DNA from: Lama guanicoe
Lineage: Eukaryota
Length of the DNA: 20,000 nucleotides
Assembly (NCBI GenBank): GCA_013239625.1
Contig: MU054212.1
Coordinates: forward strand, 3,460,022-3,480,021
Direction of reading: 5' to 3'
Under the pieces are notes generated by a model. The model searched no databases. It had not been told where the DNA came from and saw nothing but the letters and a program-made list of their open reading frames with translations. Below are positions 1 through 9,863 of this stretch, in pieces; positions within the stretch are counted from its first letter, which is position 1; every line of letters begins with the position of its first letter. The translations under genes and the position numbers were made by a program.

Positions 1-119
1 AGTGCCTGATTACTTGTGACCAATATTTTCAATCTCGTTCTGTTCAATGATACAGTATAGGAAAGAAAAAATGCTAAAGAGTGTTTCTTTTCTTCCTCTG
101 TATTTTTTTTCTCCTCAAG

Positions 120-406
120 GAATTGCATTGCCTACAGGATTCCCACTGGTAATCCATGGTGAAGACACGAAGTAAAGAGAAGAACGCAGAGGAACAGCTT
201 GCGTGAGTGATGGAGACGCACGCGGGTGAGGGCTCACTGCCATCCGCGCGGCTCCGGCCCCGGCAGCCGCTCCCCGGGGCGCTGCGGCGGCCGCAGGCAC
301 GGCGAGCACCGCCGACGCCGTCGCAGGGCCGAGCGCCACCCCGCGCTGCGTCTCGAGGGCAGACGCAGGCAGGAGGGAGACGCGTCTGGCGTCGGCGACA
401 TGAAAG
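120..406 (+). other. Candidate exon of an unidentified transcript (non-coding, 5'UTR, or first coding exon)
   Basis: Long polypyrimidine tract ending in ctcctcaag at 119, and a consensus donor AAG|GTAAGT at 406/407. All three frames contain stops in the 5' half. An ATG at 400 (G at -3) lies 7 nt before the donor. No recognisable protein. Confidence 0.45.
200..400. promoter_or_regulatory. Short CpG island / GC peak
   Basis: About 34 CpGs counted by eye in 200 bp, very high GC, sharply bounded by AT-rich, CpG-poor flanks. Confidence 0.75.
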
Positions 407-481
407 GTAAGTTTGCGCTGGATGCCACAGACCAAGAAATGACAGTTTAGTATCAATCATCACAGACAACTGTAATAGTAC

Positions 482-509
482 TGTTCATACAGAGATGTTC
501 ATACAGAGA
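482..509 (+). repeat. Perfect 14-bp tandem duplication (TGTTCATACAGAGA x2)
   Basis: Directly visible at 482-495 and 496-509. Confidence 0.95.
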
Positions 510-828
510 AGATCTATTACCCATTAGGAGGCAAATCTATCACAAACAGGACCCCAACTCTTACTGACTGAAAGCTGAATAAGCATCGTGTCTCTAAGAG
601 CAAACAAGTTCAAACAGATGGAACTGCAGTGACCTTCACGTGCCCTGTACTTCTAGGGTAGCAACTATAGAATAGCATCATTTAGGGCTTCATTATCATA
701 GGGAGGGGGAAACTCTGGGCATTGTCATGAAATGCTACTAGTTCTCAACCTTATTTCATTACTGAAGATGCAGTATTTCCTTCTTCTTCTTTTTCTTTTC
801 CTTCCATTTGCAACACACATGTATGCTT

Positions 829-860
829 GAATCACAGAATCTGAGATCCGGACAGAAACT
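829..860 (-). mobile_element. MIR/MIR3 SINE fragment (left part of an interrupted element)
   Basis: gaatcacagaatctgagatccgga resembles the MIR3/MIRc antisense end (gaatcacagaatctcagagttggaa). Confidence 0.4.
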
Positions 861-869
861 CAATCTCTC

Positions 870-957
870 TAGTGGTCCCAAACCTTGCTCACAGCAGGAT
901 CACCACCAGCGAGGGTAGAGCTTTCAAAATACAGATTCCTTTGTCTCTCTTACAAAG
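870..957. mobile_element. MER5-type (hAT-Charlie) MITE, left part
   Basis: tagtggtcccaaaccttgc...ggatcacc...gagctttcaaaatacagattcc matches the MER5B-like start CAGTGGTTCTCAACCCTGG...GAATCACC...GAGCTTTTAAAAATAC. Confidence 0.6.
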
Positions 958-1410
958 AGTCTGAGTTTCCTTGGGCAGCCACAACGAAGTACCACAAACT
1001 GTGTGGTATGAAAACAGTAGAAATTTATTATCTCGCCGTTGTGGAGGGCACACAACTGGAATTGAAGGTGTCAGCAGGGCCGTGCTCCCTCTGAAACCTG
1101 TAGGGGAAATATTGCCATGCCTCTTCCCGTCTTCCGGTGGTGGCCGGTGATCTTTGGCATTCTTTGGTTTGCGAGAGCATCACTCCAATCTCTGCCTCCG
1201 TCATCACAAGGACTTCTTTCCTCTACGTGTGCGCCTTTGTGGCTCTTCTTCTTGCCTTATTGTGACACCAGGCATACTGGATTAAGCCCCACCCTACTCC
1301 AGTATGACCTCGTCTTAATGAGCCTATTTCCAAACAAGGTCACATTTTTCAGGTTCTGGCGTTTAGGACTTTATCATATCTTTCCGGACGGACACAATTC
1401 AACTCATAAA
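958..1410 (-). mobile_element. MaLR solo LTR, MLT1C-like (MLT1B/C group)
   Basis: Colinear match to the antisense MLT1 consensus: agtttccttgggcagcc..aagtaccacaaactg..agaaatttatt..aaggtgtcagcagggccgtgctccctctgaa..catcactccaatctctgcctcc..ccagtatgacctc..cctatttccaaacaaggtcacatt..ggacacaattcaac. Confidence 0.9.
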
Positions 1411-1475
1411 GGTACTGGAGTGGGACTGAGAGTCATTTAAGTGATTTGGTGATAGCCACCTTTGAGAACCATTTG
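1411..1475. mobile_element. MER5-type (hAT-Charlie) MITE, right part
   Basis: ctggagtgggactgag...gtgatt...agccacctttgagaacca matches the MER5 3' end (GGTGATTCT...CAGCCAGGGTTGAGAACCACTG). Confidence 0.6.
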
Positions 1476-1480
1476 GTCAA

Positions 1481-1560
1481 TCAGTCCAATTCTGTTCTTC
1501 TATAGAACAGGAAATTGAGGGCTAGATGTGTCGAGGAACTTGTAAGTTACAGAATCAGAA
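1481..1560 (-). mobile_element. MIR SINE fragment (right part of the interrupted element)
   Basis: agtccaattc...tatagaacaggaaattgagggctaga...gaacttg resembles the MIR core (agtccaacc...ttacagatgaggaaactgaggcccaga...gacttg). Confidence 0.55.
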
Positions 1561-2319
1561 CATACATAAACCACTCACACATTTATGCAAACTATCACCC
1601 TTCAGATATCCACTTTAATTATTATAACAGAGATGCTTCCTTAAACTTGGATTAGGATCACTAGATATTTAATAAAAAGCTCTGTAGCTTTTTAATTTTA
1701 ATTTTGAAACCTACTGCATAATACTTAACCCAAGAGTTTTCTGTTTAAAAAAATCTGTTTGGACATCTTCTTCAGGTATTCAAACAAGACCAACGTGAGG
1801 GTCGAGTGGATTTGCAACTACACTTCAAAAAAGTATACAAAGGCACAGACATTTTCTCTGACAGTGAAACACTGTTTGAGACTTGATGGATTTCTTCTGA
1901 GATGTGGATGTTCCTTGGGTCAACATAAGTGGTGGCTTAAATGTCACTAATTTAAATAAAATAGTTCTTAGGCACGTGGAGCATGTGTGTGTAAAAGCTG
2001 AATGAAAAATGTAGAGCAGACCTCGTACCCTTCTCAATGTGTCTGTCTCTCCAAGCTCTCCTCTCCAGCCGTACCTAGAGTCATGAAGGTGTGTCAATTA
2101 AGAATAAAATGAATTCTAAAGTGGGGTTTATAATTCAGCAGGGAAGGGTGGAAAAATGCTTCCTACACAATTGCAATTATGTACAATCACTGTAACAAAA
2201 AAGTGCAAAAAAGTTTGGGAGAATGTCACAAAACTTGGGACAGAAGAACCACTGGAATGAAGAGTTAATGTGGAAATCATGACCACTGGCCCCAAACATG
2301 CCGAGATTCCAGTAGCTTC

Positions 2320-3327
2320 TGTGAAACAAAATTCATATTCTATGGTAACAAACACAAAAAATTGAAGCATAAAAATTCTTCTCTGCCCTTCGGCCTCCTC
2401 TGCCCCCTGACTGTGCGCTGTGTGTCTGCATATCCACCGACCAGACCTGCCCCATCGGCAGGACCGTGTGTTCATCCATAAAGAGCAACGCTCTCCTAGA
2501 ACATCAACAAGACAACTCCTTAAAACATAACATTCCCTTCTGATCTTGTGAGGGATCACAGGACCCACCAGGATAAAGCTTAGATCTGGATTACGTGAAC
2601 TGTCAACAACGCGTCATACGATGTAGAGCCCTCTGTCTCAGAAACCTTAAGTAACTGTGCCTTGATTTCTAACTGGCAGAACAGTCCTCAGAGCTTTCCT
2701 CAAATCTGGCTCAAATAAAAATTCCCATTTCTTTCTTAGATCTGATACAGGAAAAAATGGGGTGTGAGAGGATGGGTCATGTCACGGGTCATGTCACAGG
2801 TCTTGGTCGAGCCCCTGGGATGTGCCCCGTCAAGTGAGGGTTGTTGGCTTTGCACAGGCCATCTCAGAAGGCCAGAGAAAGGCCTAGGAGACACACATTC
2901 CATGGGCAGAGTGTGGGCCATCTTGCTCAGAAGGGGGAGCAGCGGCCTCAGAGCATGGGGTCAGCTAAGAGAAATGAGATCAGCCCCGAGGTGTGCGGGG
3001 CAGTTGGTTTTTATGGGCTTGGTAACTCCCTGTGCTAACACGTGAGAGGATTATTCCAGCTACTCTGGGGAAGGGGCTGGGATTCTCCAGAACTGGGCCT
3101 TCACCCACTTTTTGACCTTTCATGGTCAGCCTTGAAACTGTCCTGGCACCTGTGGAGCGCCATTTAGAGTACTGCTGCATTTTAATGGGCATATATTGAA
3201 GCTCAAGGTCTACTGGGAGTTGAGTCTTCCACCATCTTGGTGCTAACTGCTGTGCCATTTTTTTAATTGGTTGTGCCCTGCCCCCTTCCCTCCTGTCTCA
3301 GATTGACTGATTAATTTTTCATTGACA
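2320..3327 (+). mobile_element. ERV1-class solo LTR (outer element, interrupted at 2743-3300 by a second LTR)
   Basis: Begins TG (2320) and ends CA (3327). Flanked by a perfect 4-bp TSD CTTC (2316-2319 and 3328-3331). AATAAA at 2714-2719 near its 3' end gives + orientation. A 4-bp TSD is typical of ERV1. Confidence 0.8.
2743..3300 (-). mobile_element. ERV1-class (MER4-group-like) solo LTR nested in the previous LTR
   Basis: Terminal inverted repeats TGATACAGGA...TCCTGTCTCA (9/10 match). TSD GATC (2739-2742) / GATT (3301-3304). TATA-like CCCATAAAAAC on the minus strand at about 3007-3017. Confidence 0.8.
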
Positions 3328-4079
3328 CTTCCATAGGGGAAGAGGAAGGCAAGACTGAGATCTGTGTTGGATGATGTATGATCAGGGATACCGATTCAGA
3401 AGACAGTCTCACATCCCGCCTGTTCTCTGCCCCGCTCCCACCAATAAACTAAGGAGAAAACTAAGCATTTGATTACTTTTCTTAGTACAACAATAGAAGA
3501 TGTTCAGTAGATGCAGAACTTCCAATGGCAGGGCATAAGCAGGGACACGGTTCTCCTGGAGGAGAAATATTTACAACCAGCCTGCGAAATTATCAGGATT
3601 GAAGGGCACTGATTTGCATGTACATACTAATGGCTCTGAACACACATTTAATGAAGAGAAATGGCCCTTGAAAAGCCAGGCGCTCTCCATACGGGAAAAC
3701 TTGAGGTTTGTGACATGTAAATTGAAAGTTCCCATCTTTTCTGATCATGAAGTTATTGCAAATTCATTTTTTGAAAGCAGGGAAATTCGACGGGGATATC
3801 ATCAACTTATTTACAGAACGGGATGACATGCAAAATATAATAAAATGTGTTAATCAAGTCACCTTCCAAATATCGGTAGTTGGTCATCAAATAATAATAT
3901 GGTGATAATCCTCAGGCAAAGGAACAAAATTAATATTTTGAAAGACATTTCCAACTTCAGATAGAATTGAGAGTAAATGTGAAAAAAAATCTAAAGATAA
4001 AAAATGAACATCACCAGAGGGAGGAAGGTTTATGCAGAGCACTCTGAGAATAAAGAGAGCAGATGAAGCTGCTCAGAAG

Positions 4080-4668
4080 TGAAAACCGGGTGGGACCCCG
4101 TGGTCCTTCTAAACCTCCTGGACCCTCCCTGACCCTCCTTTCTGCCTCCTAGACCTTCCCTGAGTTCCAAAGGGCAGATTCAAACAGCTACTAATTAGAG
4201 GAGTGAGAAAATGTGAAAACAAAAGAGATGCAGTCAAGAAACAATAGCGCAGGATGGGGAGAGTCCTCAGGGGATGTGCGGGACTCCCTGATACCTACCT
4301 CTGAGCTCCTCCATAGGAACTAAGGCCCCACCCAGGTGGAGGATGGTGACTTCAAGCTGAGCACAAGCATGTGGACTCCAGACTATCTGAAACCAGAAGG
4401 TCGACGATTGAGATGCCTGGAGAACCTCCCTGTTACTTCACCACTAACCAAGGACGGGAAGGTCACACACCCTGCAGCCCTCCCGCCAAACTGTGCCTAT
4501 AAAAACTCTTCCCCCTGAACCACTCGGGGAGTTTGGGCTTTTTGACCACGAGCTGCTCAGTTCTCACTGCTCGGCCATTGCCATAAACCCTTCTCTGCTC
4601 CAAACCCCGATGTTTCGGCTTGTTTGGCCTCACTGTGCGTCCAGCACACAAACTTGGGCCCAACAGCA
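4080..4668 (+). mobile_element. ERV1-class solo LTR (artiodactyl/laurasiatherian type)
   Basis: TG start at 4080 and CA end at 4668 (alternative end 4665). Near-TSD GAAG/AAAG. TATA box cctataaaaac at 4496-4506 and a degenerate polyA signal cataaa at 4582, followed by a U5-like tail. Confidence 0.75.
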
Positions 4669-4675
4669 AAAGCAC

Positions 4676-4854
4676 CAGCGTAGCGAATGAGGTTTGCACG
4701 CCACTGCGACCAGCATCAGAATCTTCTGCCATGTGTGTTAAGATAAAAATTTTCGGATCCTACCCTAAACCTACTGAACCAGAATATTGCTGCTCTGTGC
4801 ATTTTGTCAGATTCCCCCGATGACTCTCAGGTACCCTTCCTTTGAGAGACACTG
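4676..4854 (+). mobile_element. MER5A-like (hAT-Charlie) DNA transposon
   Basis: ccagcatcagaatc...tgttaagataaaaattttcggatcctaccctaaacctactgaaccagaa...gatgactct...tttgagagacactg is colinear with the MER5A consensus. Confidence 0.7.
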
Positions 4855-5849
4855 TCTGAGATTTTATAAAACACAATGAGAGGTTCAGAGGTGACAGCTA
4901 TAAAGAATATAAAGATGTTGTATAGGATGGGATTAAATGAGAAATCATGGTGTGTAACTGAAAAGATTGGTATGAACTTCTTTAAAGAAAGAGTAGAGGT
5001 AAAGAGCAAAGATCAAGTTCATGAAATGACACTTGATTCCAGGGAAAGAAAATGAAATAAATGATTTAGAGTCAGGTGCTCACAGTTTAAGAGAGAAGGT
5101 GGGAAAATCAAGTTTGTAAGGGACGGCAGTGTCTTGGGATGGGCCCTTATAACTGATAATTCCATACAACTTCGGAATACCGCTTAAGCAAACTTTAGGG
5201 TGCGGTTTTGAATGGCAAACAGGGAAAATACGATGAAATGGCCAGTACAGAGGAGTTTCTGTTCCTGCTCGGGGGCCACTTGTGCTAGTGGACAGAAACG
5301 TCTCCTGACCTACGTGTCCTTATCTCCCCTAACAAAATAATTGAAATCTTCACTAAATAGTGCTGCTTAAGGACTAAGGCTAAAACTCAGGTCTGAAATA
5401 ACGCCTGAAAATCCATAACCTGGTAGCAGGATTTAAATGCAATAAAAAGTCACAAAGAGCTCCAAAAAAACCCACTACCATGTGTTCTGTAATTTTAAGA
5501 GACAGTATGTTGTGAAATAATAATAGAGGCATTGCTGGGCCGAAGAACATGACAGGAAAAATACCCTATAATGGTTAAAGAACACTTGCTCTGAAATGTC
5601 CCCCCAGTTGACATCCATTCACATGGAAACAGTTTTATTAAATACTGCGAGTTTTAAATTACACAGGTCTTCAGGAATTTGTCACTTGCATAAGATGCTG
5701 CTCTCCAGTGTTGCTGGGGTACATAAAGCACATGAAAGGAAGTTTCACACCGTTAACAGGAGAAGGAGGGGGGACAAGTCCCATGTCATATAAATCCCAT
5801 GGAATTCAACCTATGAGTGAGAGAGAAAGGACTGCAGTTTTAAAATAGC

Positions 5850-6070
5850 ATGCTGCCTTTAAGTTTCTGTGTCAGAGGGATCTTTATGACAGCAGTGTGC
5901 AGAAGAGCTGGACTAGAGGTAGAGTGGCCTGTTTGGGGACTAGTTTGTGATTAGGTCAAAGACAGTCGGGACCTAGCTGGGTTGGGGATGGCAGTTTTGG
6001 GGAAGAAAGCATAACTTGCAAAATATTGAGGCAGCCAGATAGCAAATATTAAGTGAATGCTGACTATGGG
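5850..6070 (-). mobile_element. L2 LINE fragment (highly diverged)
   Basis: agagggatctttatgacagcagtgtgcagaagagctggactagag...ggggatggcag...aaatattgaggcag resembles antisense L2 3' region. Confidence 0.5.
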
Positions 6071-6129
6071 CTAACAGCTGTTTTCTGCCTTCGGGGGTAA
6101 AACCCACAGCACCTGGAGTTTGATGGGAT

Positions 6130-6520
6130 GTGTCAGAGTAGCTAATAACCTGCTAGAGGAAGAAGAGAACAGGGGAAAGTTCTTCTGACCAAGATGTTCT
6201 GCAAAGGCTCTTTAGACCAAAGGGAGTTTGAATTTGGCCAAGAATGAAGGGCACACTTCTGAGAGGCAGATGCTGAAAAGCAAGGATGAAGCTGGCCAAG
6301 TCAGACCAAACCAACTAAACCAAGGCCTGGATGTGGGCACACAATCCAGGTTCTAGAATGAGAAGCCAGTTTAACTGACTGAAGCATTGGGTCTTCCTGG
6401 TATTAACGGGAGATTAAGCTGAACGTTCATGGAAAGGCACACTTTGCAAAGACTTTTGAAGGGGAGGATAAGGCCTTTGGATTTTATTCTGAATGCAGTG
6501 AATGGTCCCTGCAACACTTT
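6130..6520 (-). mobile_element. L2 LINE fragment (highly diverged)
   Basis: ggagtttgaatttggccaagaatgaa...aaagacttttgaag..ggataaggcctttggattttattctgaatgcagtg resembles antisense L2 (ggctaaggagtttggactttatcctgaaggcaatg). Confidence 0.55.
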
Positions 6521-9500
6521 TCAAAGCAAACTCCAGATCACACTCAACAAGGAAAGTTAAAGACGAGATGAGGGCCTTGCACTAGAGCATGAATCCAGCC
6601 TTGGAATATACAGGTATTTGATTTAAAAACAAACTTCATCACATATCAGTTATTCAATGATGCCTCTTGCATTCTTGGGTGTTACTAGTAGACTGGGCCG
6701 GCTTTTTATAACTTAAACGGTTCATTATTTCCTGAAACAAGAATTTTATACTGTCCCAAGATCTGTCCATTTTTCTCCCATGTTAAAGACTTCGTATGCA
6801 TTTGCTACATCAAATTTCAAGATAGTTTGATAAAAATCTACTTTTACTTATTCTGAATTAGCACATTACATTTTTTTTCTCATTGCAAATTTGTCTGCCA
6901 CATCACATGCTAGTTACATTTCGCAGAAATTATTTGCATTAAATCAAATATTGCATTATTCTCCTTGCAAAACATAAAGCACGGATTTAATCCAAAAGAA
7001 GACATTGCCAATTTCAGATCCTTCGTGTCTTCAAATTTGCAACTTGGACATCCCTGCTAATAGTTCTATGCTAACAGGATTAATGATTTTAAAATATTTG
7101 AAAAGCATTTTTAAGACTAAAGCTGAAAGGGCTTGTTTATCTATTTCTATCCAATTTCTACCTAATGGTGTTTGGACTGGTCTGCATGTTAAAGCAGGCT
7201 ATACCTTTAAGCAAAAGCACACATTATCTTTTTCTAAAATCTGACTCAGAACACACTGCTTCTCGGAAACCTTTGAGGACTGACTTCTGGCTTGTGTTTT
7301 TGGTTCTGTTATTTAGCATCAACCAAGAGCTACAGCCCAGGTTCATCAGCAATCTTTAAGACCAACTCCTCCTCCTACCAGACAAATGCAGATATTCAGA
7401 AGATTCCATCACTGATAACTCCAAGGGACAATAGCTAACATCAACATATGGCAGTTCAATAGATTGGAAGTTCCTTCTGCATAAAAATATCCCATCAATT
7501 ACACTGAGTCCATTATAGAAACTAAAGAGAAAACATTTTTAGACACTTCTCATGACCTTTACCAAGTTCAAGGCAATCCTGACCTAGATGGTCAGAATAG
7601 GTTTCGGTGGGGAAGGGAGGGAAGGAGAAATATTCCGGTTACGGGGGGAAAAAGCCTTTGCAACCCACTCTGAGAGAGAAAGAGAGCTCCTGGGGTGGGC
7701 GGGAGAGCTACCAGCTCGAGATGAGCTCAGGTTGTGGCTAATAGTTTGGATCCCCCAAGGGCTGAGTTTTCATTACTCCTGATGGTAGCAAAATTCCTCA
7801 GCTGTTTGTAAAATCAGGCAGGTTCTTGGAATGAGGACTGATTCTCTCAGAAAACTGACCAAGTGAGAACACAGGTACATTTTGCTCCCCGCTCACCTCT
7901 GAGCCTCTCAGACACATGGATGGGGCTCAGTAGGGTTCTTTTGTTAGACCTCTTTGTGCTGTCAATATAGACAAAGCAACGTTTGATGGGTGATGAGAAA
8001 CTAGAAAGTACAATGATAATACAGCCTTAAAATGTATGCATAACATTGCTTTCCTGGGCCACACTGTTCATAGAAAAGTCGAAGATCCTATATTCTATAT
8101 TTAGGAGCTTGAGTTGAATTTACACTCACAGTTATTGGACCACAGTTCTATCAACCACCACTCCAGTGGACACTGTGACATTTTCAAGCTGAGAAAATAC
8201 ACTGTCAGTGGTCAGGGTGGAGGGTTAACTATAGTAAGAGTGTGACATGAGGGTTCTCCTTGGTAGGGATCAGTTTGCAAAGACAATCAGTCGTGGTAGC
8301 TGCAGTGCCCTAGAGCCACTGGGGTGGAGGTAGAGGACCTCTCCATCACCTTAGAACACCATTGAGAACAACGTCTTGGAGATCAGAAATCCATAGAGAG
8401 CAATGAAGATCTTTTAACTTGACAAAGGGAGCAAAAAAGAAAGGACGTAAGTGTGAAGGGCAGGACTCCATCACTTCAGGGACCGGTAGTCTCTGCAGGA
8501 ATAAGCACGGGTACCGGACTCAAGGGAGAGATTAGAAAACCAGCGATAAAAGAGCTGAGTATTACGCCAATGATTAAGAGCATGGGAGTCCTCAAAATCG
8601 GCTGATCCTTATCCATCAGTTACTCTTAAAATATGACCTGACCAGATACTAAGCTGCTTGGGTTACATATTTTTTAAGAATTACCAAAGGGCAGAGAAGC
8701 ATAGCCAATATTCACTCCCCTTCTCCAGCCATTCACTGCCCCATCACATCCATCAGCCTCCTGTTCAGCCGTCAGCCTCCCTCTCCCCTGACCCACCAGG
8801 AACACTGTGACCCTAGACTTCCGCCTGGGAACCAGAAGTAACTTCTGAGGGAACACCTGATTTACGACTTTTTGGTGTGGGACACGAATGTAAATAGGGA
8901 GGACCTCTGGCTAGTCTAACCCCAAAGAGCTGGATCCCAGAAAGGGAAAGGGCCAGGCGAGGCACGGGGTCAGAGAGCGGGCTTTTGTAGACGGAGAACA
9001 TCTGCCCCACCGTAAAGCGGTTTGGGTTCCATGTAGGCTAAACCAGCAAACGAAGGGCCAATGACAAGACGACATCCCCGAGGGTGTAGCCCAGGAAGCC
9101 TGAGTGAGCGAGAGAAGAATCAATGAGGCGGGAGCAGGAAGGTGGAGTTCGTGGCTTCATTGCAGCCGCTCACATACAGGATTTCGGTGGACTCTGAGCT
9201 TTCAAATATACGGCTAAAAGAGGAAAGAAAGGGCATGAGAGAGACACAAAAAGGAACGAACAGAGCCTCCTCGGTTGTTATCTCTACCAAAGGAACCCAC
9301 AGAGGGGATAATTTAGTGCCTCCGTTAACCACCACCGGAACTCTGAGTTGAGCAGTCAGTGTTTACTCTAAAATACGCAGCCAGTAACTGAAGCTGACAC
9401 TGATCTTGGCAGAATTACTTAACAATTCTCTACCCCTGTTGGATGAGCCTCCTCCTTGAAGAAACCTCACTTCCCCACCCAAGAAACTGCAGTCCTTTGT

Positions 9501-9638
9501 TCCCTTAAATCCTTCTCAGAAGCCTGCAAAAAGATATTTTTTGAACCTCAAGGAACTATTTTTAATTAAACATAGCAAACATTAGTATTCCAAAGAGAGA
9601 GTGATGGTGTGGAATAAATTTAAGTTCTTCCTATGAAT

Positions 9639-9670
9639 TATATATATATATATATATACATATATATGTA
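9639..9670. repeat. (TA)n microsatellite, slightly interrupted
   Basis: tatatatatatatatatatacatatatatgta is directly visible. Confidence 0.95.
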
Positions 9671-9780
9671 AAATATCCACTCTCATTATAGAAAAAAATT
9701 CTCAATTGCATGTCCACATTTTAAAAGATTAATTCTTATTAAAAATGCGAAACCTTAGGTCAAAGGACAAGAATTATTTT

Positions 9781-9863
9781 ATTTTATTTATTTTTTTTCA
9801 GCTTAAACTGAATATTATTTACCAATATAATCAACCATAATGTGTCATTGAGTCAATGCTCAC
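9781..9863 (-). pseudogene. Short L1-mediated retroposed insertion (probable 5'-truncated retrocopy of an mRNA 3' end)
   Basis: Identical 17-bp direct repeats AGGACAAGAATTATTTT at 9764-9780 and 9864-9880 flank a T-rich tract (9781-9798) plus 65 nt of unrecognised sequence. The minus-strand target TTTC/AAAA resembles the L1 endonuclease site. Confidence 0.65.

Noticed and set aside
156..410. In-frame TGA at 204-206 as a selenocysteine or readthrough codon
   Set aside because: No SECIS-like element, no readthrough context and no recognisable protein. Kept only as a possible premature stop.
74..469. Overlapping Arg/Pro/Ala/Gly-rich ORFs on both strands, one superficially protamine-like (RRHGEHRRRRRRAERH)
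   Set aside because: Composition and open frames are explained by the extreme GC/CpG content. There is no real similarity to protamine or transition protein sequences or gene structure.
885..1440. ORFs 885-1094 and 1117-1440, the latter hydrophobic and signal-peptide-like
   Set aside because: They lie within the antisense MLT1 LTR and MER5 pieces, so they are chance ORFs.
2128..3258. 146-aa minus-strand ORF (longest in the window) and neighbouring ORFs
   Set aside because: They cross LTR boundaries and have no gag/pol/env or cellular motifs.
2320..4668. The LTRs as paired ends of one provirus
   Set aside because: The LTRs are dissimilar in sequence, each has its own TSD, and no primer-binding site or internal retroviral coding sequence is evident.
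8050..8250. Possible CR1/L3 fragment
   Set aside because: The resemblance is too weak to support by eye.
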